Positions 23,608 to 34,810 of a stretch of 64,000 nt of DNA are shown here, piece after piece (within the stretch, counting starts at the first letter, position 1; every line of letters begins with the position of its first letter). The notes under the pieces are model-generated. The model did no database searches and had not been told where the DNA came from. It saw only the letters and a program-made list of their open reading frames with translations. A program made the position numbers and the translations under genes. Origin of the DNA: Vicugna vicugna (Eukaryota); assembly GCA_013265495.1 (NCBI GenBank), contig MU062907.1:4446305-4510304 (forward strand), given 5' to 3'.

Positions 23608-25129
23608 ACTTTGGATTTTCTAGGAAGACCATCTCTGTCTCTTTGGATTCTGCTTTATCTTGAAATTGCGTAATTAGAAATTTATTCTAAGACTTTGCTT
23701 CTGTTGGAATATAAAGTTCCCCAGAAATAGGTTCTTAACTCTGTTTATATTCATCCATCACACCTCAGTCACTGTGATCAGGTTATATATTCTCCTGTGT
23801 GCTTCCTTCTACTTGTCCCCCTAAAAAAGCAGCATTTTTGCTTTTTGACTGGCTCATAACACTGTGAACTTCTTAAGGGAAGGGGTAGATCTTACTCACC
23901 ATTGTAAGTCAGCACCCAGCATGCTATCTGGCTATGTAATAGACGCTGGGTAAATATTTATTCATATCTGTCACACACTGTTTAGTAAGAGCGTGCATTT
24001 ATCCACTCCCTCCTGGAAGTAGGATTTGCTAAAAGGAAATGTGGAGAGAAATGGCAGTGCTGTGTGCCTTCAGATGAGAGGCAGGAGCGTAACGCTGAAA
24101 AGAAGGAGGCAGAAGAGTGATGCTGGAGAGGATGGGGGGACGCTGTCTCCGATCTGATTTTGCCTCCAATCTGACCACGTGGGACAGTCAGGGGATGCGA
24201 AGAAGCACGCTAGCAGCCAGGTAAAGCATGATTGGTTTCAATTCAAGACTTATTGGCTTCAGTATCTCCCAAGGCTGCTCACCTGAGCAGTTCTTTGTTA
24301 AGAACTCCCTGTTTCTTCTGCATTTCCATTCAACTTTGATTAATTACGCCATTTTACATAAGTGTGTGGTCCAACAGCCAGGAGGCAGACTTGACTTCAC
24401 GTAAATCTCATCCATTTGAGTTTATCTTTTTCTTAGTTCTTTTTTTTTTTTTTTAACCTCAGAGAAGTCTTTTCCAAGGAGCAGGAGCTTGGGGCAACCA
24501 GGGGAGCAATGCATTCAAAACTTAAAAGGTAACCCCATTGTGTCTCCACATATTCTTACAACTGAGTCACTAGATAATATGGGTGTTCTTTCAGTTTATT
24601 TCTGTTTGATGTAATCTCTGCATCCTCAGTGCCCGGGGACATAATAGGCTCTCACTTAATGTTCAGTAAATTACTTTTATACATCTGATGTGCTCTGAAA
24701 GGTGGATAAATCAAACTTCATAAATGAAATCTGATTTAACAAAGAATCCATATTACAGGTTCAGCCGTGTTTTTCTCATCTCTGATTTCTTGTCCTGGCA
24801 GAGATAATTGAGCTTCCTAGATATTCCCCGTGCTTCCCTCCCTTAATGTGAGACCGTGGGAGTGGTTCCGTCTAGTGGAATATGAGCTCACGTGACTGGT
24901 GTCACTTCTTGTCTGAGATGATTTGAGTTGGTGTGAATTCCTCGTGCTTTCTGTCTTCCCACCTGGAGGAGGGCGTGGGCGGCAGCAGAGGAGAACTCTG
25001 AGATGGCTGAGGGGCCAATGGAAGCACTGTGGTTCCCCGAACCACTGTCGGAAAAGAAGTTATCTGGGAGAATTGCCTCATTTTTCTCAAACAGGGACGT
25101 GAAAGAGAAAAAAAGTCACTATTGTGTTA

Positions 25130-25580
25130 ACCATGCAACATGGATGGACCTAGAGATGATCATACTAAGTGAAGTCAGAAGGAGAAAGACAAATATCATA
25201 TGATACCGCTTATATGGAATCTAAAAAAAAAATGATACAAAGAAACTTATTTACAAAACAGAAAGAGACTCACAGACACAGAAAATAAACTTAGGTTACC
25301 AAAGGGGAAAGGCGAGGGAGGGATAAATTAGGAGTTTGGGATTAAGATATATAAAATAGATAACCAACAAGGGCCTACTTTATAGCATAAGGAACTATAT
25401 TTAATCTCTTGCAATGGCCTGTGATGGAGAAGAATGTGACAAAGAATAGGTTTATATATATATGTAGGTGTATATATAAATATGTATGTATGTGTGTAAC
25501 TGAATCACTTTGCTATACACCTGAAACTAACATAACATTGTCATAACTCAAATCAACTATACTTCAATTTAAAAAAAAAA
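25130..25580 (+). mobile_element. 5'-truncated L1 (ORF2 end, 3' UTR, poly A)
   Basis: catggatggacctagagatgatcatactaagtgaagtcag (ATWMDLEMIILSEV)..aaatcaactatacttcaatttaaaaaaaaaa. Confidence 0.93.
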
Positions 25581-26511
25581 GAGAGCGAGCGATAACACTG
25601 GTGAACTCAGCCTTCCGCAGAGGGAGGCAACTGAGCACTGGGGGACACAGGGACAAGGAGCAGCTGGTGGGACCGAGCTCTGGAACACAGAGCTTGCTGT
25701 CACCTGGCTGAGGTCTGTCCGTGTAGGTGAGCGTGGTCCGAGGTCGTCCCTGTGACAGCTGCCTTCCTTGAGCAGAAGCGGATAGGGAACGCAGTAGGAC
25801 TGGAGGGTGTGTGGTCCAGCAAGGCTCCAAGCAAACTTCCTCTGAGCACTGAGCACACCTTTGAATGCTAAGGAGAAGAGGGGCTCGGGAGAGAGACATA
25901 CGTATTTAAATTCTGTAAGTTTATAAGATCTGAAGTGAATGTCCCGGGAGAACAGTGGGAAACGGCTGTTGAGTCCAAACCAGGGCTACTTTTTTTTTTT
26001 CTTTATTAAATATTAATGCCACACGTTTCTGCAGGGTTCCTAGAACAGATGTGAAGCCTAACATTGTGGCGATTTAAATGACTAAGAATATTTCCTGTCA
26101 TTTTTATCAATGTCTGGCTTTCCAATGCCTGTTAAATCTGAAAGTATAAAACACAGGAAGGGATAATGAATACCCAGTCTCCCTCCGTGGTGACCTGCTG
26201 GTGCGACCCCCTGGAGAAGCGGGAGCTTTCTCTTGAGTATTTTTCTTGGAGGCAGAGAGAGCCTGAGCTGACCTGGTCTCTGCAAATTGTTCCGCTGGGT
26301 CTCGAGCTGGAGAACAGCCCACTCCGTGAGCACAATTCTTTCTTTCCTGTTGGTTTTAAGAAAACAAGCACATTCTAAATAAGCTCTATGTGAGTGGCAG
26401 AAACTCCTCGGGATTCTGACTTTTCCTTTATTCCTTTTTTTTTTTTTTCCTATTTTCTAAATCCTACCCTACCTGCCTAAGTCATTCCCCCAGCATCTCC
26501 TCAGATTTAAA

Positions 26512-26547
26512 ACCACCACCACCACCACCACCACCACCACCACCACC
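26512..26547. repeat. (ACC)12 trinucleotide microsatellite
   Basis: 12 perfect acc units counted directly. Confidence 0.95.
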
Positions 26548-27965
26548 ACAACAGCAAAGCTCTTCAGTTGCCAGATCTTTGCTGGGGGAACCTTTCCAAG
26601 TAGGATCCAAGGAAGCGGAGAGAAGTTATTTTGAACAAATTCACACGCCATCAAATGGAACTTCCGGTGACTTAGCATCAGGAAATATTGGCTAAGAAGA
26701 AAGCCCCGGAAGGAACAATTCTAAAACGATTCTTGGTCAGGTGCAGTTTATAATGGGCCTATTCATAGGGAGAAGGAAAAAAAAGAAGTCCAAGGTCCCT
26801 TCCTCACAAAAATTACCTTCACGTGGAAAAAATGTAGTCACACGTTCGCCCTGTAAGCGCACGTTGCTCTGCGTTTATTAAATGGTGCCGGCCCGCCCTG
26901 CCGGAGTCTCCGTTACATCCTCAGGGGAGGGCAGCTCGCGGTAAGAGGGCGAGAGAGGGGAGAAGCTGAGATGTTCTCAGTCCTGAACATTAAATCATTG
27001 CAGTCATGATGTTAGAGGAAATGAGGCAAGATTGGGCTAAATGGAAACCCGCTGATGTGGTTTGGGAATTACCCCTCCGGGCTTGGGAAAAGGACTGAAC
27101 GTTACACCGTCCGTGCCTGTGGGGCTGGTTCTGCGCTCTGCTCGGGGAACTGGCTCTCTGCCTCCGAGGGGCAGGCTGTGCCCACCTGTCTGCTTTCAAA
27201 TCCCCCTTGTCCTCTCATCCTCAGGGCAAGCTGGCCCATGCCCAGGGCCGAGGGGAGTACAGGCCCACGCTGTTGAAGCAGAGGGGCTTTGGGGGGGTGA
27301 TTTTTCAGGATGCAGAGAGAAATGACACTGGTGTGGAAGACGAACCAGAACCCACCCTCCTGGCTGATGTAACACGAGAGGAGATTGGGTGGGGTTGGTC
27401 CTTGGGTGAGGCTCACTGCTGCATATTATAGGATACGCTTCAAGGAAGCAAGGCCGGCCCCTCTACGTGGTGTAATTTAAGGGAAATATTAAATTATATT
27501 CCTGACACATATTCCTGCCAGCATGTTTCTGTCCTTGTGAGTCATGCTTTTAGGGCCAGTCTTTAAAACAAGACCTGACCCCCGAAGGACTCTCGGTAAG
27601 GCACCAGTATGCATCCTTGGATGTGATGCCACTGAACCAGTGAACACACAGGGTAGTTTAGCTGGCAACTGTCAGTCTGGAATACTAAGGTCAGGCTCCT
27701 GCAGTGGGAGGACATAAAACTGGTAAACTTCGATGGGGGCAGGGAGGATGGGAGAGCCTTGGCATAGACCTTCTTCCTAAGAGCCGTGACAACATCAAGG
27801 CCAGGTTGAAAGCACAGTGAGAAGGTGCTGCCACCTGGAATCCTCAGGAAGGAAGCCACCCACAGGAAGAGGAGAATGGTCTGAAATCCGTCTTCTCTCT
27901 TTCCCAGCGGCCCTGGATACATTGTTTCCCACTCAGATTAGTACTACTGAATATAGTCCTTTATT

Positions 27966-28302
27966 TATTTTTTAATAATTCGTATTTTTTACTGCAGTGT
28001 AGTCAGTTTACAATGTTAGTTTCAGGTGTACAGCAAAGTAATTCAGTTATACATGTATAAACACACATATATATATGTTTTTCAGATTCTTTCCTATTAT
28101 GGCTCATTATAAGACATTTATAATATAGTTCCCTGTGCTATACAGTAGGTGCTTTGTGTTTATCTATTTTATGTATAGTGGTGTGTATCTATTAGTCCCA
28201 GACTTGTCTCTCAACCTTTCCCCACTGATAACCAGTTTGTTTTCTATGTCTGAGTCTATTTCTAGGTTGTAAATAAAGTTTGTATCTTTTTTTTTAAAGA
28301 GC
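27966..28302 (-). mobile_element. 5'-truncated L1 3' end with a perfect 15-bp TSD
   Basis: TSD atatagtcctttatt at 27951-27965 and 28303-28317; body is the reverse L1 3' UTR. Confidence 0.95.
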
Positions 28303-29262
28303 ATATAGTCCTTTATTAAGGGACTCCCAAAAAACAACTTTTTCACACCTGTTCTGTAGTCAACAAAAATGGGGACCCCCCCAAGCCCAGGCTCCCGAAT
28401 TGTCCTAAGAGAGATTTATGATGCGAGATGTCTCAGTCTGTCCCCAACTTCCCACCTGATATTCTGAGCATCAGGCCCTGGCTTGGCTGTGAAATTTCCA
28501 GCACTAGTCTGAGGAGGCAGAAACACAGGGCCTGGGTGGGAAGTTAGGGGATGTTTATAGACATAAAACCAAAATCCAGGACGAAGCAGGTGGGCGAAAT
28601 TTGCCTAGGTTGCCTCTCTGGGCATAAATTACCAGCTTTCGTTCATTCTGGGGGAGAAGCGAGCGTCCCTGAAACAGACTCACCCCAGCCCCAGCTCTTT
28701 TAATGTGCCTTTTCATGGATTTTGCTTTCAAAGCTGCATGAATTATTTTTCTTCTATTAAATATTAATGTGGCTTTCTAAGTAGAAAAAGGGGGCAGATT
28801 AGGTCTGGTACACATCTTCCCTGCCGCTATTTACTGCTGCTGCGGGATGGCAGCAAATGCCAACTCCCAGCGCATTATTAAATCAGCCTGTGCTGAGCCC
28901 AGATGTTACGCCGGAGCCGCACAGTGGATACGGGTTAAAACCAAAGAGCGGCAGACACCCCGTTCTCTCCGGTGGGGGCTCGCCCTCCCACACCCTCGCC
29001 TCCTTCTCCCGTCCTGCGTGGTCGCTGTGGCCTTTGGCAAATTTGCCATCAGCTGGACAGAGCTCACTCTTCCTGGAGCAGTAATCATGTGAGGGGGATT
29101 TATTTATTTTTTTTAAACCTGTTAATTTTTTCCCCAATGACTCTTTCTACTTGATTAGTTCAGATCAATATGTCTGGTAGGCAGAATGCGGTGGGGAGGG
29201 TGATTTATCAGTGTCGGGGAGCTCTGGGCTTTGTTGATGTGACTCTTTGTGGTGGTTGACTT

Positions 29263-29284
29263 CACACACACACACACACACACA
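29263..29284. repeat. (CA)11 microsatellite
   Basis: Direct reading. Confidence 0.95.
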
Positions 29285-29539
29285 AAACCTGTGCTCTCTT
29301 CCTTATCTAAATTCTGCTCACTTTTATGACCAAGATGATCTGGCCTCCACTCTGAAGCCTGTCCTGTGATACCTAAATCATGATCTCCAATGAAGCTATG
29401 ATGTTCCAGGCGGTAATTGGTATGTAGTGTGGGTTCTGGTTCCCCGATAGGCTGTAAGCCCCTGGAATGAAGGGATTCTATCTCAAAAACTTGGAGTGAT
29501 GGAGAGAGCACAGGGTTTGCTCAGAACCCTAGAATCCTT

Positions 29540-29674
29540 GGCGGGTGGGTACAGCTCAAGTGGTAGAACGCATGCTCAGCATGCACGAGGTCCTGGGTTC
29601 AATCCCTAGTGCCTCTATCGAAAGAGTAAATAAATAAATACATAAACCTAATTATCTCCCCCCTGAAAAAAAAA
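29540..29674 (+). mobile_element. Vic-1-type SINE
   Basis: gggtacagctcaagtggtagaacgcatgctcagcatgcacgaggtcctgggttcaatccctagtgcctc (A and B boxes), taaataaat linker, cctaattatctcccccc, poly A; short TSD aatcct. Confidence 0.95.
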
Positions 29675-29799
29675 TCCTGGAATAGCAAATTGGTTAACCT
29701 TCAGGAGCCTGTTTTATCCTTCTCCTCATCACCGCCTCCATCATCATCACCGTTTCTGCCACTCAGATCGGTGCTTGCCAAGCTTGAATGTGTATATGG

Positions 29800-29895
29800 A
29801 TTATGTCCGATCCAAAGTGGGTCCGAGATTCTGTATTTCTAACAGGCTCCCAGGTGACGTGGATGATACCTGTCTGCTTGTCACACTTTGACTTC
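29800..29895 (-). mobile_element. MER5A-like fragment
   Basis: gagattctgtatttctaacaggctcccaggtgacgtggatg..cacactttga. Confidence 0.75.
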
Positions 29896-30194
29896 TCACT
29901 TTTTGAGAAGCAAGATCCTTGTGAATCTTCAGCGGGATAATGTAGGTGAGAGTCTCCTGAGCTGGAACACCCTCTCTCACTGCTGGACCTTCAGTCATCC
30001 TTGTCTCTTCATTTATGTCCATTTCAAATCCATCAGCAAATCCCACTGATGCTACCATGGGAAGGTATCCTGAATCCAGCTGTTTATGAGCCCTTCCTTC
30101 ATTTCCAACCTTGGCTAAGTTACCTTCATATTTCTGGTCTAGAGATTATCCTGGTAGCTTCCTAATTGGTCTTCCTCCTTCTATTCCAGTAATC

Positions 30195-30973
30195 TTTTTA
30201 AAAAATCTTGTTTAATTGAAGTATAGTTGATGTGCAACTATGTACGTATATTATAGAAGTTATGCGTACAATCTAGTGATTCACAATTTAAACCTTATTC
30301 TTAATTTATAGTTATAAAATATTGGGTATATTTCCTGTGCTGTACAGTATATCCTTGGACCGTATTTTATATGTAATATTTTGTACTTCTTAATCCCTTA
30401 GCCCTCTATTGCCCCTCCCCTCTTCCCTCTCCCTAGTGGTAACCACTAGTTTGTTCTCTGTATCTGTTAAGTCTGTTTCTTTTTTTTTTTTCTTGCTATA
30501 TTCAGTAGACTGTTGTATTTTTAGATTCCACATGTAAGTGATGTCACAGAGTATTTGTTTTTCTCTGCCTGACTTATTTCACTCAGCAGAATACCCTCCA
30601 AATCCATACATGTTGTTGCAAATGGCAAAATTTCATTTTTTTTGGCTGAGTAATATTCCTTTGTGTATATGTCTTCTTTATCCAGCCATCTATTTATGGA
30701 CAATTAGGTTGCCCCCATATCTCGGCAATTGTAAATAATGCTGCTATGAACATTGAAGTACATGTATCATTTTGAATTAGNNNNNNNNNNNNNNNNNNNN
30801 NNNNNNNNNNNNNNNNNNNNNNNNNNNNNNNNNNNNNNNNNNNNNNNNNNNNNNNNNNNNNNNNNNNNNNNNNNNNNNNNNNNNNNNNNNNNNNNNNNNN
30901 NNNNNNNNNNNNNNNNNNNNNNNNNNNNNNNNNNNNNNNNNNNNNNNNNNNNNNNNNNNNNNNNNNNNNNNNN
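30195..30973 (-). mobile_element. Older L1 3' end (5' part lost in N-run 30781-30973)
   Basis: attgaagtatagttgatg..ggtaaccactagtttgttctctg..gattccacatgtaagtga..gcaaatggcaaaatttcatt..aatgctgctatgaacatt. Confidence 0.92.
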
Positions 30974-31382
30974 ATCCCTTTTCCCACCAGCAGCCAGGAG
31001 ATCCTTTTACAGTATAAGTCAGATCATAAAACTCTCCTCCCCCAAGCTCTTCAGTGGCCTGCAGGAGCCTAATCAAATATGGCGCTAGTGTCGTTTGCTA
31101 ACTACCGTCATCCCCTTGCCTCTTGTTTTTCTTCCCTCTGCAAGAACATGGCTTACTCTATAATTCTATCTAGTGTGCTTGTCAACTGTCCCATCTACTG
31201 TAGCAAGTGCATCAGTGTCCACCTTCTCACCTAGCTTTATTATGTTTTTCATAACGTCTACTGTTACCCAACATCCTGTTAAGCATGTATGTGTTTATCT
31301 GCAGTCTGTCTCACTGACTCAAAATAGGCTCCATGTGGGCAGAGGTGGCCTGACTTGTTCTGCTCTGTCTCTCCCACATCTG

Positions 31383-31506
31383 TTTTCTGAGGGGGAGATA
31401 ATTAGGTTTCTTCATTGATTTCCGCTTGAAGGAGGTACCGGGGATTGAACCTGGGACCGCTTCGGTGCTAAGCATGCGCTCTGCCACTTGAGCTATACCC
31501 TTCCTC
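31383..31506 (-). mobile_element. Vic-1-type SINE inserted in the L2 tail
   Basis: gggggagataattaggttt..ggaggtaccggggattgaacctggg..gctaagcatgcgctctgccacttgagctataccc; diverged ~16-bp TSD ctgtctctcccacatc / ctgtatctccagcacc. Confidence 0.92.
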
Positions 31507-31873
31507 CTGTATCTCCAGCACCTGGAACACTGCTTGGCACAATGTAGGTCGTGAGATAGCTGCCGAATGAAATGATAAATGAATTATTCTTGATTGAATT
31601 GCTCTGTACCCCAAGCCTGACAGAGTGAGTCCTTCGTGAGTGTTTATTGATTGGGCTTTTAGATGCACGGTCCCTGGATGTCTGTTAGTGGGACAGTTAT
31701 CACTTTTGCCTTGGGTCATGCCCACTGGTACAGGCTTGGCCTACATGCATGAAAAATGCAGACCCCTGAGCAAAAAGTCGAGGCAAATGTCTGAGTTCTA
31801 GGAAGCAATGATTGCGGGAGTTGAGATGAGTCCCTAAGGACTGCTTATCTTTCTTTACTTAATTCCTTTTATC

Positions 31874-31905
31874 CACACACACACACACACACTCTCTCTC
31901 TCTCT
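31874..31905. repeat. Compound (CA)n(CT)n microsatellite
   Basis: cacacacacacacacacactctctctctctct. Confidence 0.9.
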
Positions 31906-32077
31906 CCAAAATTAACCAACCAAACCAAATCAAAACCCAACAACAATGACAAAACGAAGCCCTTAAAGGAAAAGGACAAATTGAGAATCTGGGTTTCTGG
32001 TGAAAATGTCGACGTGGGTGCACACAGGGGAGGGCTTCTCAAGTTGGATAATGGGATCTCTTTTTACTTCAGCTCGT

Positions 32078-32209
32078 NNNNNNNNNNNNNNNNNNNNNNN
32101 NNNNNNNNNNNNNNNNNNNNNNNNNNNNNNNNNNNNNNNNNNNNNNNNNNNNNNNNNNNNNNNNNNNNNNNNNNNNNNNNNNNNNNNNNNNNNNNNNNNN
32201 NNNNNNNNN
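32078..32209. other. N-run (132 nt) in unique sequence
   Basis: Visible N block; CpG-containing unique flanks, no TSD. Confidence 0.98.
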
Positions 32210-32544
32210 CGGCCTCTGAATGGGGATGGCGTCGGAGGACAGCCAGCCGGACCCAGTCGTCTTTGCCTTCGTGATGCCTTTGCCTTCATGGTGCAGGTGA
32301 TTTGAAAACAAACGCGTTTATTGAGCCTTGGCTGGATTTCACCCTGGAGCAGGCCAGGTTCTGGCAGCTGTCCAGGGGTTCACTCTGCGCCTGTCCTGCT
32401 GGTGCGCGCTCCACATTTTTAGGCTGTATTTTGAGTTCAGCAAGAGACTTCCTTGTGCATATAAGCAAATGCCATCCATCCTTGAAACCAGCCTCTCTAC
32501 TCAGGTTCTGATTGTTTCTCTTTCCTCTGGTCACTGAGGTCAAG

Positions 32545-32850
32545 CCATTAGTTGCATTATTAAGTGTGATTAAAAATCTCCACCTGAAAATGTTTAACAA
32601 CTGACTGTTCAAAAAAACCAAGTCCTGATTTGCAACATTTACTACTTATAGAGTGTAAATACTTTTGCCGTGGTCAGTTTCAAGCTACCAATGAAAGTCG
32701 TTGAAGGAGGAATGGGGAAGAGATGGACAACCACGTACCATTATAATGGTAACCCCACCATACAGACGCAATGGAAGTAAATCATCTTAGGAACACAGAT
32801 GATAGACAACAGTGATATGTAAGAAAATAATTAGGAAATGATTAACAAAA
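32545..32850. mobile_element. MER63-like hAT-Blackjack fragments
   Basis: aaaatgtttaacaactg..cctgatttgcaacattt..gtgtaaatactt..tttcaagctaccaatg..gtaagaaaataattaggaaatgat resembles recalled MER63 consensus. Confidence 0.55.
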
Positions 32851-32951
32851 ATCTCTGCCTGAATGAGATTTTTTGGTGGGAGTGAATCAACTTATCAGAA
32901 ATAATGCTGGCCAGACCATGTGTCCTGATTTTTGGTTCAAGAAATATGGCA

Positions 32952-33337
32952 AGCTGTGAAGTAACTCAGACAAAGACAAATATCAGATGATATTACTTAT
33001 ATGTGGGATCTAAAAAAAATGATACAGATGAGTTTATTTATAAAACAGAAAGAGACTCACAGACATAGAAAACAAACTATGGTTACCGAAGGGGAAAGGA
33101 GGCGAAGCGATAAATTAGGAGTCTGGGATTGGCAGATACACACAAATATATATATAAAATTGAGAAACAACAAGGTCCTACTATATTGCACAGGGAACTA
33201 TATTCAATATCTTGCAATAACCTATAATGAAAAAGAATATACATATATATATATATATATATATAACTGAATCACTATGCTGTATATCACAAATCTACAC
33301 AACACTGTAAATCAATTAAACTTCAATTGAAAAAAAA
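32952..33337 (+). mobile_element. 5'-truncated L1 3' end with a 13-bp TSD and internal (TA)n
   Basis: TSD aagaaatatggca at 32939-32951 and 33338-33350; poly A tail. Confidence 0.95.
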
Positions 33338-34339
33338 AAGAAATATGGCAGGCTGGAAGCATGGGCAGAGGAAGAAAGGCAATGTGAGAGAAGAGGTGAG
33401 TGGGCCAAGGAAAGAAAGCCAATCAGCATTTTATCAAGACCTCCCTTCCCCTGGGTGTGGGAGACTGAGATAAATGCTCTCAAGAGGAGAGGCTATGGCA
33501 GAAACATGTATGGGATCAGCCCTGGCTTGGTTCTTGGTGCAGGGTGTGTACCATTTGGCCCCATCCAAAGGGTGGTGATTCTCTAGGTGAGGATTTTTTG
33601 CTTAGGGCCCCATCGGGATGTCCTGTTGGCAGGGCTGACTCCATCAGTGTCATTCCTCCCTCCTGCCCACCTTTGTACCCCCACACTTGTCCAGCCTGGG
33701 AAGTGCCCCCGCCATGAAGACAGTTTCCCAGAGGGAAGTGTAGCTAACAAGGTATGGCTCTTTCTGCGGTCAGGAAGATAGATTCTGGGTGCGTCAGCCT
33801 TGTTTATCCCACACTGTGCAGGTCCCTCTAGAGAACAATTCTGTACTAGAGGGGAGACTAGTTTGCTCTGGGATGACTTAATTTTGCTATATGAGTCTGA
33901 CCCATCCAGGATAGCATTTTCTTTCAATGAAGACTCAAGAAGGAGGGACTGAGATTTGAGTGACCCTGGTTTGACAAATGAGAGATTGGCCAAATCTTTT
34001 GTTTTCTCTAAGGTGCCAAATGAGGACAGTTGGTCCATCATACACTTACATTTTATAACAGCAACAGTGGGTAGGTGGGTCGCCCTGGTGGTTCTGAGTT
34101 GTAGGAATGGCCGTGGTCATCTCTGTGTGCAGGGAGAAACCTGGCAGCGTTACTGAAGGCAGATGGAAGCAGGGAGAGATTGAAGCCAGGAAGAACATTT
34201 AAAGAACTTGTGCACAATTCCAGACCATGGTTTCAATTATTATTGCTTCTGATTTTTGTTCTAGTGATGCCCCTACTACTCCAAACCAATGTCCTCCTGA
34301 CCACTGGTTCTTGCTTTTTAATCCTTCTTGGTTACGAGT

Positions 34340-34810
34340 TGATTTGTATCCTTCTCTATCCTCTCCACCGCTCTCCCCACAAAAAGATTGTCATAGTCCT
34401 AACCCCACTACCTCAGAATGTGACCTTATTTGAAGATGGGGTCTTTACTGACATAATCAAATTAAAATGAGATCATTAGGGTGATCCAACATGACTGATA
34501 GCCTTACCAAAGTGGGAAATCTGGACCCCAGGATGGACATGCATCTGGGAAGAACGCCATGTGATGATTAAGGCAGAGATCAGAATGATGCTACTACAAG
34601 CCAAGGGACACCAAAGGTGGCCAGCAAACCTCCGGAAGCTCAGGGAGAGGCACGAACAGATTCTTTCTCACAGCCCTCAGAAGGAACCAAACTCGGTCTC
34701 AGACTTCACCTTGATCTTCAGCCTCCAGATCTGTGAGACAAGACATCGCTGTCGTTTAAGCCACACCGTTTGTGGTGCTTTGTTACAGCATCAGTCGCAA
34801 ACTGATACAG
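34340..34810 (+). mobile_element. MLT1B/C-type MaLR solo LTR
   Basis: cctcagaatgtgaccttatttgaagatggggtcttt..aaggcagagatcagaatgatgc..caagccaaggg..ccctcagaaggaacc..cagcctccagatctgtgagac..taagccac..ttgttacagca..aaactgataca. Confidence 0.9.

Larger units (their letters stand above)
29960..31590 (+). mobile_element. L2 3' region interrupted by an L1 and a SINE
   Basis: ccatttcaaatccatcagcaaatcc..cagcagccagg..taagtcagatcat..ctccagcacctggaacactgcttggcacaatgtagg..gaatgaaatgataaatgaa. Confidence 0.75.

Noticed and set aside
25581-25900. GC-rich unique sequence after an L1 poly A (possible 3' transduction)
   Set aside because: No second poly A tail or downstream TSD found
26469-26678. Poly-valine ORF
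   Set aside because: Translation of the (ACC)12 microsatellite
29540-29620. tRNA-Ala(AGC)-like sequence (also at 21.1, 31.4, 38.5, 57.6 and 62.4 kb)
   Set aside because: Each copy has a SINE tail, poly A and/or TSD plus stem-disrupting substitutions; these are Vic-1-type SINEs, not tRNA genes
33583-34041. 152-aa minus-strand ORF
   Set aside because: Ser/Leu-rich random-looking composition, no domain and no exon structure
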